Shown here one piece after another: positions 45,431 to 55,070 of a stretch of DNA of 64,000 nt; positions within the stretch are counted from its first letter, which is position 1, and every line of letters begins with the position of its first letter. The stretch is from contig JASGJN010000022.1 in NCBI GenBank assembly GCA_049840735.1, positions 736,001-800,000 of the forward strand, written 5' to 3'. Below the pieces are notes generated by a model. It saw only the letters and a list, made by a program, of their open reading frames with translations. It had not been told where the DNA came from and searched no databases. The DNA is from Anaeromyxobacter sp. (GTDB lineage Bacteria > Myxococcota > Myxococcia > Myxococcales > Anaeromyxobacteraceae). The translations under genes were made by a program, and so were the position numbers.

Positions 45431-45733
45431 TCAGGCCGCTCGGACCGCTTCTTCGACGTCGCCGTACAGCTCCACGTGGCCGCCGGCCCCGCCGGCGAAC
45501 ACCAGGTCGCGCACGTAGCGGCTGGCCCCCGCGGCGCGGAGGCCCGGGATGGCCTTGAGCAGCGCCGCGCCCGCGTAGTGCAGGTGCGTCACGCGCTTGA
45601 GATCGATGACGACCATGTGTCCCTCCGCCCGGGCCCGGCCCGCCAGCGCCGCGATGGCGCTGAGCTCGTCCCGGGTCAGCTCGCCCGTGCACCGGATGAT
45701 GGTCACCTCGTCCTGCCGCCGCGCCTCGTACAT
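45431..45733 (-). CDS. STAS-like domain protein
   Basis: [10 protein letters not shown]...[15 protein letters not shown]...[15 protein letters not shown] upstream. Confidence 0.75.
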   Translation of the reverse strand: MYEARRQDEVTIIRCTGELTRDELSAIAALAGRARAEGHMVVIDLKRVTHLHYAGAALLKAIPGLRAAGASRYVRDLVFAGGAGGHVELYGDVEEAVRAA

Positions 45734-45852
45734 GTGCCGCCTCCACCCCGTCGCCGTCGCCCGTCCACTGCCACCTGCCGCCCAGCCACCCGCCACCGCC
45801 CTCGCCCGCTGGCCCGCCGGCCGGCAGCCGCCGGCGCGCCACCCACCCACCG

Positions 45853-46290
45853 TCAGAGCCTCGAGAAGAGATCCACCACCTGGTCCGCCGGGATGTCCGC
45901 CGACGTCTGCTCCTCGTGCGTGGCCTTGTCGAAGAGGTGGATGACCCGGCCCATGCCCACCCAGACCACGTCCTTGGAGAGGCGGGCCCAGCTGCGCAGC
46001 GGCGGCGGCACCAGCACGCGGCCGTGCACGTCCAGGTCCACCTCGTGCGCCGAGGAGACGAACTTGAGGACGTTGCGCTGCATGCGCGCGTCGAGCGGGG
46101 AGGACTCCATCACCTTCTTGACGAGCTCGTTCCAGACCGACTGCGGGAGCGCCAGGACCGAAGGCCAGTGCGGGTACTGCATCAGGACGATGCGCGGCTC
46201 GCCCGCGGCGGCGAGCGCCTCCCGGAACCTCGCCGGAAGGCTCGTGCGCCCCTTCGCGTCGATCGCGTGGTTGAAGGTCCCGAAGAACAC
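45853..46290 (-). CDS. mraZ: Transcriptional regulator MraZ
   Basis: FFGTFNHAIDAKGRTSLPARFR, DVHGRVLVP. Confidence 0.95.
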   Translation of the reverse strand: MFFGTFNHAIDAKGRTSLPARFREALAAAGEPRIVLMQYPHWPSVLALPQSVWNELVKKVMESSPLDARMQRNVLKFVSSAHEVDLDVHGRVLVPPPLRSWARLSKDVVWVGMGRVIHLFDKATHEEQTSADIPADQVVDLFSRL

Positions 46291-46380
46291 GTTCTGCCCG
46301 GTCTTGCCGCTGGGATCCGCTCTTTGCCACTTCTTCCCACTGGCTGGTTCGGATCTACGGAGTCCAGCGGGGGAAGTCAA
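46291..46380 (-). promoter_or_regulatory. dcw promoter with MraZ-box direct repeats
   Basis: TTGACT-N17-TAGATC then 10-bp-period units GTGGGAAGAA, GTGGCAAAGA, GCGGATCCCA, GCGGCAAGAC, CGGGCAGAAC. Confidence 0.8.
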
Positions 46381-46610
46381 CCGACCGGGCGCCAGGTCCG
46401 GCAGGCGCCTGGATCGGTGTTCAGGATCGGATCAGAGGGCCGCCCGGGCTGGTTGGGGTGGGCCGGGTCCGCACCGCTACCCGTGGGACGTTCAATGAAA
46501 GTTGAAGACGCCCCACAGTAAATCCGGCGGACAGGTTGCCGCGCCCCGGGGCCCCGCACATCCTCCCGGCCACCCCGGCGCCGCGTCGCACCAGGCCGGG
46601 CGGAGGCGTC

Positions 46611-47435
46611 ATGCCGGCTCTGAAGGGGAAGACGATCTTCATCACCGGCGCCAGCCGGGGCATCGGGCGGGCCATCGGCATGGCCGCGGCGCGGCTGGGC
46701 GCCAACGTGGTGGTGGCGGCCAAGACCGACGCCCCGCACCCCCGGCTGCCCGGCACCATCCACGACGCGGCCGAGGCCATGGTCCGCGCCGGCGGCCAGG
46801 CCCTGGCGGTCCCCTGCGACATCCGCCACGAGGATCAGATTGCCGCCGCGGTGGCGAAGGCGGTGGAGCGCTTCGGCGGGATCGACGCGCTGGTGAACAA
46901 CGCCAGCGCCATCCACCTGGCGGGCACGCTCGAGACCCCGCTCAAGCGCTGGGACCTGATGCACGCGGTGAACGCGCGCGGCACCTTCGCCACCACCCAG
47001 GCCTGCCTGCCGCACCTGCTCCGGGCGCCCAACCCGCACGTGCTGACGCTGGCGCCGCCGCTCTCGCTCGCCCCGCGCTGGTTCGGCGGGCACCTGGCCT
47101 ACACCATCGCGAAGTACGGCATGAGCATGTGCGTGCTGGGGATGGCCGAGGAGTTCCGCGACCGAGGCGTGGCCGTGAACGCGCTCTGGCCCAGGACCGT
47201 GGTGGCCACGGCGGCGCTGGAGCTGCTGGGCGGCGACGAGACGGCGCGCCACGGCCGCACCCCGGAGATCGTGGCCGACGCCGCGGTGGCGGTGCTGCAG
47301 CGCGAGGCCCGGGCCTGCACCGGCCAGTTCCTGATCGACGAGGAGGTGCTGCGGCGCGAGGGGGTCACGGACTTCGAGCGCTACGCGGTGGCGCCCGGCC
47401 AGGCGCTCATGCCGGACCTGTTCCTCGACGCCTGA
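46611..47435 (+). CDS. Short-chain dehydrogenase (HSDL2-like)
   Basis: TGASRGIG, NNASAI, YTIAK, NALWPRT. Confidence 0.9.
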   Translation: MPALKGKTIFITGASRGIGRAIGMAAARLGANVVVAAKTDAPHPRLPGTIHDAAEAMVRAGGQALAVPCDIRHEDQIAAAVAKAVERFGGIDALVNNASAIHLAGTLETPLKRWDLMHAVNARGTFATTQACLPHLLRAPNPHVLTLAPPLSLAPRWFGGHLAYTIAKYGMSMCVLGMAEEFRDRGVAVNALWPRTVVATAALELLGGDETARHGRTPEIVADAAVAVLQREARACTGQFLIDEEVLRREGVTDFERYAVAPGQALMPDLFLDA

Positions 47436-47489
47436 GCCGCGGCCCCCTGGCGCCTGTCGCGGGGGCCGGGGCCGGATTAGAGTCCGGGG

Positions 47490-48524
47490 ATGCACGCGCG
47501 GGAAGGCATGCTGGTCAGGATTGAGCGGGAGCTCTCCGTGCGCCTGCCGCGGGCGCTCTTCGCGCCGGAGCTCGAGGGGCCGCTCGGCCCGCCCGTCGAG
47601 CCTGAGGCGCTGCTCACGCCCGGGGCCGGCCTGGTGCAGGGCGGCCGCATGCTGCCCGACGCGCTCCCCTTCGTCCGCTTCGCGTCGGGCGATGCGCTCC
47701 TGCTCCGCTTCGGCCCCACCGGGCAGCCGCTGGAGGTGGTGGCCTGGCGCGGCGACGGCGGCTGGCACCCCAGCGACGCCGCCCCCGGCTTCCCCTCGGC
47801 ACCCGCCCGCGCGCTGGCCGAGGCGCGACGGGCGCTGCGGAGCGGGCTCGCGCGGGTGGCCGACGCGGTGGGGCGCACGGCGCTGGCGGGCGACCTGGGC
47901 GTGTCGCTCGAGACCTTCGCTGGCTGGCTGCAGGACGCGCGGCTGGTGCCGGACGAGCGGCGCGCGGCGCTGCGGCGCCTCACCGGCGAGGACGACGCGA
48001 CGCTCTTCACGCAGCGCTGGGACGAGGCGGCCGCCGCCGCCCGCCGCGCCGCCCTCCGTGGCGACCTGGCCTGGCCCGGCGTGGTGCTGGGCTGGGTGGC
48101 GGAGGGGGCGGCCGACGCGGCCGGCGCCGGTGACGCGTACGCCGGCGCGCTCCTGGCCGACGCCCCCACGCTCGAGCCGGGGTTCCTGCCGGCGCGCCCA
48201 GGCGAGCCGTCGGTCCGGATGCTGGCGGAGGCCTGGCGCCGCTGCGCCGGGGCCGCCAGGCCGGAGGACCCTGCGCTGGCCGCCGCGCTGGAGGGGCCGA
48301 GGGCCGTCCGCACCCACCACCTGGCGGAGTGTGACCGCCTGCGGGCGGCGGGGCACCCGGGCGCCGCCTACCGCGCCGCCTGGCGCGCCGGCTGGCGCCG
48401 CCCCCTACCGGCCGACATGGACGACGTGCTGGGCCGGCTGGGCGACGCCGCCGAGGCGACCGGCGCCGTGGCCCACGCAGCCCTGGCGCGGCTGCACCTG
48501 CGCGCCTGGACGTCCCGCGGCTGA
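47490..48524 (+). CDS. Hypothetical protein (SUKH/SMI1-like N-terminus, HTH-like middle, TPR-like C-terminus)
   Basis: [16 protein letters not shown]...[27 protein letters not shown]. Confidence 0.55.
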   Translation: MHAREGMLVRIERELSVRLPRALFAPELEGPLGPPVEPEALLTPGAGLVQGGRMLPDALPFVRFASGDALLLRFGPTGQPLEVVAWRGDGGWHPSDAAPGFPSAPARALAEARRALRSGLARVADAVGRTALAGDLGVSLETFAGWLQDARLVPDERRAALRRLTGEDDATLFTQRWDEAAAAARRAALRGDLAWPGVVLGWVAEGAADAAGAGDAYAGALLADAPTLEPGFLPARPGEPSVRMLAEAWRRCAGAARPEDPALAAALEGPRAVRTHHLAECDRLRAAGHPGAAYRAAWRAGWRRPLPADMDDVLGRLGDAAEATGAVAHAALARLHLRAWTSRG

Positions 48525-48597
48525 CGGCCACGAGGGGTGAACACCGGTGGGCGGGACCCAAGGGGCGCGGAGCGGCGCGCACGCACCGTGATAGGAC

Positions 48598-48918
48598 TCA
48601 TCGTGAAGCGCCGGCCCCCCGGCGCTGGCCCGCGCCTTCCCTCTCTCCGGTCGCGGGCCCGGCACCTCCGCCACTCCCCCGGGGCGGAGGTGCCCCTGTC
48701 TGCGGGGCCGCGGCCCGCCGGGAGACCTCCGGCGGGACCACCAGGGCCAGCGGCAGCGGCGTCGGCACCAGCAGCGAGAGGAGCAGCAGTCCGCCGTGCG
48801 CCGCGCGGGGATCGCTGGCGCGCGCCCCGGGCGGCGCGCCGGGCCCTGGCCCGCCGGCCGCGGCTGGCGCGGCGAGGAAGGCGGCAAGCAGGAAGGCGAG
48901 CGCGGCCGGCGCGGTCAC
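48598..48918 (-). CDS. Possible small exported hypothetical protein
   Basis: Signal-peptide-like start [21 protein letters not shown]; otherwise weak. Confidence 0.25.
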   Translation of the reverse strand: MTAPAALAFLLAAFLAAPAAAGGPGPGAPPGARASDPRAAHGGLLLLSLLVPTPLPLALVVPPEVSRRAAAPQTGAPPPRGSGGGAGPATGEREGAGQRRGAGASR

Positions 48919-48953
48919 TGGACCCTCGAGGTCTGGGAGGCGCAGCAGGTCTA

Positions 48954-49145
48954 CGGAGCGACGCTGCGGACGGTGGAGGGGCCAGAGAAGCGCCGCTCCG
49001 GGGGACCGCCCCAGCCGCCCTGCCTCGGAAGAAGCTGCCTGGGCCGTGAGGGGTGATCACCCGAGGCATGGGTCCATGCCTTTGCCGGACCAGGGAAACA
49101 CTCCCGGTGCGTATCCGCACCAGGCCGGTGACCCAGGGTTCCGAG
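48954..49145 (-). ncRNA. Candidate structured non-coding RNA (unassigned)
   Basis: Nested stems CTCGGAA/TTCCGAG, CCTGGG/CCCAGG, AGGCATGG/CCATGCCT, GGTGCG/CGCACC plus a 12-bp hairpin. Confidence 0.35.
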
Positions 49146-49276
49146 AGGTCCTTGTAAGCGGCAATTTTCCCCAGTCCTGCCGGGAAGTGCCCCTGACGAA
49201 CCGCGGCACGGGGCCTGCTCTGCGGAGCCGCGGCCGACGCTGGCCACGACATCTAACCCCGGGGTGGGAGAGCCAA

Positions 49277-51937
49277 ATGCGGGATTTGCGGACGCGCACG
49301 AAGGTGCTGGGAGGGTTCGCAGCAGCCCTGCTCATCGCGCTCGGGGTCGGCGTGGGCTCGAGCCTGGCCTCCCGGGACGTGCGGCGCCAGCTCACAGTGG
49401 CCTCCAGCTCCCAACTCCCGGCGCAGCAGGCGCTGTCGAAGCTCGAAGGCGGCTTCAAGGACGCCCAGTCCTTCCTCAACACCATGGCGCTCTCGCGGGC
49501 GACGGCGCAGGTCATCTACGCCGGCGACTGCGCCGGCTGCCACGACGGGCCCAAGCTCTTCTCCGATCGGGCCAGCGAGTCGCTGGTGGCGCTGGACGAG
49601 GCCACCGCGACGCTCGACGAGCTGCCGCGCACGCCGGCCCTGGATTGGCGCTGGCCCGAGCTGCGCAGCGCCGTGCAGGCCTGGAGCGCGCGCGGACACA
49701 AGCTCCAGGACCTGCTCGGACAGCGCGACAAGCTGCTGGCCGGCTCGGGCGCGGAGGGCGTGGCCGGCAAGTCGGTCGAGGCTGCTGTCTGGGACGAGTG
49801 GAAGGAGCTGCACAACCTGTCCGACACCGTCGACGCCGCCACGCTGGCGCTGTCCAGGGAGGTCGGTGAGGAGGTGGCGGCCTCGCAGCTGGCCGCGGTC
49901 GAGGCCGAGCACCGGCAGACCGCCACGCAGGCCTGGGTGCTGGCGCTGGCTGCGCTGGTGATGGGGCTCCTGGCCTGGCTCATCGGCCGCTCGGTGGACC
50001 ACGCCATCCGGGCCATGGTGGCCCAGACCCAGCGGCTCACCGAGGCGGCGCTGGAGGGGGCGCTGGAGGTCCGCGGCGAGGAGGGCGGGGTGCCGGCCGA
50101 GTTCCGCCCGGTGGTGGCCGGCATGAACCAGACCCTGGACGCGGTGGTCGGGCCGGTGCACTGCGCCACCGCCTACGCCCAGCGGATCGCCCGGGGCGAG
50201 CTGCCCCCGCCCATCACCGAGGACTACCGGGGCGAGTTCGGCGTGCTGCGCGACAGCCTCAACCAGATGACGGGCGAGATCCGGACCCTGGTCTCCGGCC
50301 TGTCCACCATGACCGCGGCCCACGCCGCCGGCGACGTCGACGCGGTGGTCGACGTGGCGCGGCTGGAGGGCGCCTTCGCCGAGATGGCCGCGGGCGTGAA
50401 CGGCTGCGCCCAGGTCTACGCCGGCATCCTCAGGGACGTGCTCGACATCCTGGCGCGCTACGGCGCCGGCGACTTCTCGCCGGTGCTGCGCCCGCTGCCG
50501 GGCAAGCTGGCCCGCGCCAACCAGGGGCTGGAGCTGCTCCAGCACGAGCTGCGCGGCTTCGCCGAGGACGTGAAGGCGCTCGGCGCGGCCGGCGTGCGGG
50601 GCGAGCTGACGGCGCGCGCCGATCCGGCGCGGTACCAGGGCGACTGGCGCGCCATCGTCTCGGGCGTGAACGACACGCTCGACGGCGTGACCGGCCCCAT
50701 GGCGGCGGCCGCCCAGTACATGGAGGCCATCGCCCGGGGCGAGATCCCGCCGCCCATCGCGGACGAGTGGCCCGGCGACTTCGCCGCGCTGCGCTCGTCG
50801 ATCAACCGCTGCTGCGCCGCCATCCAGGCGCTCGTCTCCGACGCCGACGGGCTGGCCTCGGCGGCGGTGGAGGGCCGGCTCTCGGCCCGCGCCGAGGCGG
50901 GGCACCACGAGGGCGACTTCCGCCGCATCGTCGACGGCGTCAACCGCACGCTGGACGCCGCGGTGGCGCCGGTGCGCGAGGCGTCCGCGGTGCTGGGCCG
51001 GCTGGCGGCGCGCGACCTGTGCGCCCGCATGGGCGGCGACTACCGGGGCGACCACGCGCAGATGAAGGAGTCGCTCAACGCCGCCGCCGACGCGCTGCAC
51101 GGCGCGCTGGTGCAGGTGGCGGGCGCGGCCCGCCAGGTGGCGAGCGCCTCCTCGCAGATCGCCGCCAGCAGCCAGGCGGTGGCGAGCGGCGCCTCCGAGC
51201 AGGCCAACGCGCTGGTGGAGACCACCTCGCGCCTGGAGGGGATCACCGAGGTGGCCCAGCGCACGCGCGCCGGCGCGGGACGCGCCGACGGCCTGGCCCG
51301 CTCGGCCCGCACCGCCGCCAGCGACGGCGCCACGGCCATGAACGCGATGGCCGGCGCCATGGCCCGCATCCGCGCCTCGGCGGAGAGCACCTCGCAGATC
51401 ATCCGGGACATCAACGACATCGCGTTCCAGACCAACCTGCTCGCGCTCAACGCGGCGGTGGAGGCGGCGCGCGCCGGCGACGCCGGCCGCGGCTTCGCGG
51501 TGGTGGCCGAGGAGGTGCGCAGCCTGGCCCTGCGCTCCAAGGAGGCGGCGCGGCGGAGCGAGGAGCTGATCCGCGACTCGATGCGCCAGGCCACGGAGGG
51601 CGAGGAGACCAGCCGCGCCGTGTCCACGCGGCTGGGCACCATCGCCACCGACGTCTCGCAGGTCACCGAGGTGGTGGCCGAGATCACACGCGAGTCGGCG
51701 GAGCAGGCGGTGGGCGTGGAGCAGGTCACGGTGGCGGTCTCGGAGATGGAGAAGGTGACCCAGCAGAACGCGGCCTCCTCGGAGGAGTCCTCCTCCGCCG
51801 CCGCCGAGCTGGCCGAGAACGCCCAGGAGCTGCGCCGGCTGGTGGAGTCGTTCCAGCTCGGCGAGGACGGCGCCGGCGCCGCGCCGCTGCTGGCCGCGCC
51901 CGCGCGGCGGGCCAGGCGGCAGCTGCCGCGGGCGTGA
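49277..51937 (+). CDS. Methyl-accepting chemotaxis protein with periplasmic CxxCH and multiple HAMP-like repeats
   Basis: Two TMs, CAGCH between them, [34 protein letters not shown]. Confidence 0.93.
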   Translation: MRDLRTRTKVLGGFAAALLIALGVGVGSSLASRDVRRQLTVASSSQLPAQQALSKLEGGFKDAQSFLNTMALSRATAQVIYAGDCAGCHDGPKLFSDRASESLVALDEATATLDELPRTPALDWRWPELRSAVQAWSARGHKLQDLLGQRDKLLAGSGAEGVAGKSVEAAVWDEWKELHNLSDTVDAATLALSREVGEEVAASQLAAVEAEHRQTATQAWVLALAALVMGLLAWLIGRSVDHAIRAMVAQTQRLTEAALEGALEVRGEEGGVPAEFRPVVAGMNQTLDAVVGPVHCATAYAQRIARGELPPPITEDYRGEFGVLRDSLNQMTGEIRTLVSGLSTMTAAHAAGDVDAVVDVARLEGAFAEMAAGVNGCAQVYAGILRDVLDILARYGAGDFSPVLRPLPGKLARANQGLELLQHELRGFAEDVKALGAAGVRGELTARADPARYQGDWRAIVSGVNDTLDGVTGPMAAAAQYMEAIARGEIPPPIADEWPGDFAALRSSINRCCAAIQALVSDADGLASAAVEGRLSARAEAGHHEGDFRRIVDGVNRTLDAAVAPVREASAVLGRLAARDLCARMGGDYRGDHAQMKESLNAAADALHGALVQVAGAARQVASASSQIAASSQAVASGASEQANALVETTSRLEGITEVAQRTRAGAGRADGLARSARTAASDGATAMNAMAGAMARIRASAESTSQIIRDINDIAFQTNLLALNAAVEAARAGDAGRGFAVVAEEVRSLALRSKEAARRSEELIRDSMRQATEGEETSRAVSTRLGTIATDVSQVTEVVAEITRESAEQAVGVEQVTVAVSEMEKVTQQNAASSEESSSAAAELAENAQELRRLVESFQLGEDGAGAAPLLAAPARRARRQLPRA

Positions 51938-52112
51938 GCGCCCCCCGCCCTCTCCCACCTCCACCTCCACGCGCGCGTCTCCTGTCCAGGAGACACGAAG
52001 CAGCGCGGAGGCCCCCGCCGCGACCCGCACCCCCCGGCAAACCGGCTTCGCGCGCGGCGGCGTGGCCGGATCGTGGCTGGCCCCGCCCGATTCTGGGATA
52101 GAGAGGAAGCCC

Positions 52113-54512
52113 ATGGACCTCCTCCCGTCCCGACCGCTCCGCCTCGCCGCCCTGCTGCTCCCGCTGGTCGCCGCCGCGCCCGCCGGCGCCGCCGACTGGA
52201 TCACGTCCAAGGACGGCGTGGTCGAGGTGGCCGGGAAGGAGGCGCACCTGCGCGTCACCGTCCCCGCGCCTGACACCATCCGCGTCCGCTTCTCGCGCTC
52301 CGCCGAGTTCGCGCCCGACCGCTCCTTCGCCGTGGAGGCGGCCGCGCTCGCCCACCCCGCGCCGTTCAAGGTGGAGGAGAAGGGCGACACGGCCGTGATC
52401 CGGGCGGCCGGCGCGGGCCTGCGCATCACGCGCTCGCCGCTGACGGTGGCGCTGCTGGACGGGCAGGGGGAGGTGGTGGCCGAGGAGGCCGCGCCGGTGG
52501 CGCTGGCCGTCGACGGCGGGAAGGTGAGCTGGAGCCTCGCCGCCGGCGAGCACGTGTTCGGCCTGGGCGACAAGGCCAAGGGCTACGATCGCCGCGGGCA
52601 GTCGTTCCAGCTCTGGAACTTCGACAACTACGGGTGGAAGGACGACAGCGACCCGCTCTACAAGTCCATCCCGTTCCTGGTCTTCCTGCGCGACGGCAAG
52701 GCCCACGGCCTCTTCCTCGACAACCCGGCCCGCTCCTTCGTGGACGTGGGCGAGGCCGACCCCGCCCTGCTGACCTGGGAGCTCGACCGCGGCGCGGTGG
52801 ACCTCTACCTCATCGCCGGCCCGGATCCGCGCAAGGTGGTCCAGGCCTACACGGCGCTGGTGGGGCGGCAGCCGCTGCCGCCGCTCTGGTCGCTGGGCTA
52901 CCACCAGTGCCGCTATTCGTACGAGACCGAGCGCGAGTTCCGCGACGTCTTCGGCAAGCTCCGCGAGCACAAGATCCCGGCCGACGTGATGTGGCTGGAC
53001 ATCGACTTCCAGCAGGGCAACGCGCCCTTCGTCGTGGACGCCGGGCGGTTCCCCACCTTCGACAAGATGGTGGCCGACGCGCGCGCCCAGGGGCTGCGCA
53101 CCGTGGTCATCACCGACCCGCACATCAAGGAGAAGAAGGGCCAGGCGCCCTACGACACGGGCGTGGCCGGGGACCACTTCATCAAGGAGCCGGGGGGCGA
53201 CATCTTCGTGGGCGAGGTCTGGCCGGGCTCCAGCGTCTTCCCGGAGTTCACGCTCTCCCGCTCGCGCGCCTGGTGGGGCACGCTGTACGCCGACTTCGTG
53301 AAGCGCGGCGTGGCCGGCTTCTGGAACGACATGAACGAGCCGGCGCTCTTCGGCATCGCCTCGAAGACGATGCCCGAGGGGCTGCCGCACCGCCTCGACG
53401 ACGGCACCTCGCTCGATCACGTGGCGGTGCACAACGTCTACGGCCACCTCAACGCGCGGGCCACCTACGAGGGGCTGCTGGCGCTCCAGCCTGACGTCCG
53501 CCCCTTCGTGCTCACCCGCGCCGCCTACGCCGGCACCCAGCGCTGGGCCGCCACCTGGACCGGCGACAACCTGGCCACCCGCGACCACATGGAGATCTCG
53601 GTCCCCACGCTCCTCAACCTGGGCGTGTCGGGCTACACCTTCTCCGGCGCCGACATGGGCGGGTTCGCCGGCTGCCCCTCGGCCGACCTGGCCACCGAGT
53701 GGACCGAGCTGGGCGTCTACCAGCCCTTCTTCCGGAACCACAGCGCCAAGGGCACCTGCCGCCGTGAACCGTGGGTGAACGGCGCCGACCACGAGAAGCG
53801 GCGCCGGGCCGCCATCGAGCGGCGGTACCAGCTCCTCCCCTACCTCTACACCGCCTTCGAGGAGGCCTCCCGGACCGGCCTGCCGGTGATGCGGCCGCTC
53901 TGGCTCGAGTACCCCGGCGACCCGGCCGCGGCGACCGATCGCAACTTCCTGCTTGGCCGCGACCTGCTGGTGCTGCCCAGGTTCCGCGGCTCCAAGGTGC
54001 ACCTGCCGGCCGGCGACTGGTTCGACGTGCGCACCGGCGCCAAGGTGGCCGGTGGCCGCGACGTCGCGCCGGAGCCGGGCAAGGACACCAGCGTGCAGGT
54101 GCTGGCGCGCGCCGGCGCCATCGTGCCGGAGGGGCCGGTGGTCCAGCACACCGGCGAGCTGGGCGGCGCGCTCACGCTCCACGTCTACCCGGGCCCCGGC
54201 TGCAAGGGCTCGGTCTACGCCGACGACGGCCAGACCTTCGCCTACCGCACCGGCGCGTACAAGCGGGTGGAGTACCGCTGCACGCCGCAGGCGGACGGGA
54301 TCGCCGTGGCGGCGCTCTCGGGCGGGAGCGCCACGCCCTGGTGGACCTCGACGCAGGTGGTGATCCACGGCGTGCCCCGCGCGCCCAAGGGCGTGTCGGG
54401 CGGGACGGGCAAGGGGCCGGCCCCGGCCGTCGCCTACGACGCGGCCACGCAGTCGGCCACCATCACGCTGGCCAGCCCGGACAGCGACTGGAGCCTGAGC
54501 ACCACCTGGTAG
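52113..54512 (+). CDS. Exported glycoside hydrolase family 31
   Basis: Signal peptide, PLYKSIPF, WNDMNEP, WTGDN, ADMGGF, FRNH. Confidence 0.93.
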   Translation: MDLLPSRPLRLAALLLPLVAAAPAGAADWITSKDGVVEVAGKEAHLRVTVPAPDTIRVRFSRSAEFAPDRSFAVEAAALAHPAPFKVEEKGDTAVIRAAGAGLRITRSPLTVALLDGQGEVVAEEAAPVALAVDGGKVSWSLAAGEHVFGLGDKAKGYDRRGQSFQLWNFDNYGWKDDSDPLYKSIPFLVFLRDGKAHGLFLDNPARSFVDVGEADPALLTWELDRGAVDLYLIAGPDPRKVVQAYTALVGRQPLPPLWSLGYHQCRYSYETEREFRDVFGKLREHKIPADVMWLDIDFQQGNAPFVVDAGRFPTFDKMVADARAQGLRTVVITDPHIKEKKGQAPYDTGVAGDHFIKEPGGDIFVGEVWPGSSVFPEFTLSRSRAWWGTLYADFVKRGVAGFWNDMNEPALFGIASKTMPEGLPHRLDDGTSLDHVAVHNVYGHLNARATYEGLLALQPDVRPFVLTRAAYAGTQRWAATWTGDNLATRDHMEISVPTLLNLGVSGYTFSGADMGGFAGCPSADLATEWTELGVYQPFFRNHSAKGTCRREPWVNGADHEKRRRAAIERRYQLLPYLYTAFEEASRTGLPVMRPLWLEYPGDPAAATDRNFLLGRDLLVLPRFRGSKVHLPAGDWFDVRTGAKVAGGRDVAPEPGKDTSVQVLARAGAIVPEGPVVQHTGELGGALTLHVYPGPGCKGSVYADDGQTFAYRTGAYKRVEYRCTPQADGIAVAALSGGSATPWWTSTQVVIHGVPRAPKGVSGGTGKGPAPAVAYDAATQSATITLASPDSDWSLSTTW

Positions 54513-54525
54513 CGCCGCGGCCGGC

Positions 54526-54991
54526 TCAGCCGCCCTTGCGCGGCTTGCCGGCCCGGAGCAGCTCCTTCACCAGGTGTGCACCGAGGGCCTGCAGCCCCTC
54601 CGCCAGGAGGGCGCGGGCCCTCGGCGTCTGGAGCGTGGCGCGCATGGCCTCGGCGACCAGGCCGATCTCCAGGTCGAGCCGGATCAGGGGCGGCGGCCAC
54701 CGCCGGGGTGGCCTCCACGGGCCGCGCCCGCCCGCCCAGCGCCACCGCGCCGGCGCTGAGCCGGTCCATCAGCGCGTCCTCGCGCGTGCGGGGGCCCTGG
54801 GCCTCGCGCAGCGCGGCGGAGAGCCCCTCGTGCACGTCGGCCAGCGCCGCCGGCACGGCCAGCGCCTGGTCGAGGCGCACCGCGGCCTCCTCCTCGTCGA
54901 CGCCGCGCGCCGCGGCGTAGGTCGGCGCCAGCAGGGGGATCAGGGCGCGGCGCGGGAGCACGTGCGGCAGGCGCGGGGAGAAGAGGCTCAC
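54526..54991 (-). CDS. Hypothetical protein; frameshift at ~54688
   Basis: Removing one base gives ...AVAAALIRLDLEIGLVAEAMRATL...GAHLVKELLRAGKPRKGG*. Confidence 0.6.
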
Positions 54992-55070
54992 GGGGCTGGT
55001 CTACCGCGCCGGAGGGGCGGGCGCACCCCCTGCCTTGCCGGGGCGCGCCGGCCCCGGTATACCCCCCGCC

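Noticed and set aside
49193..49230. CTGACGA resembling a hammerhead ribozyme core
   Set aside because: No GAAA follows the putative stem II.
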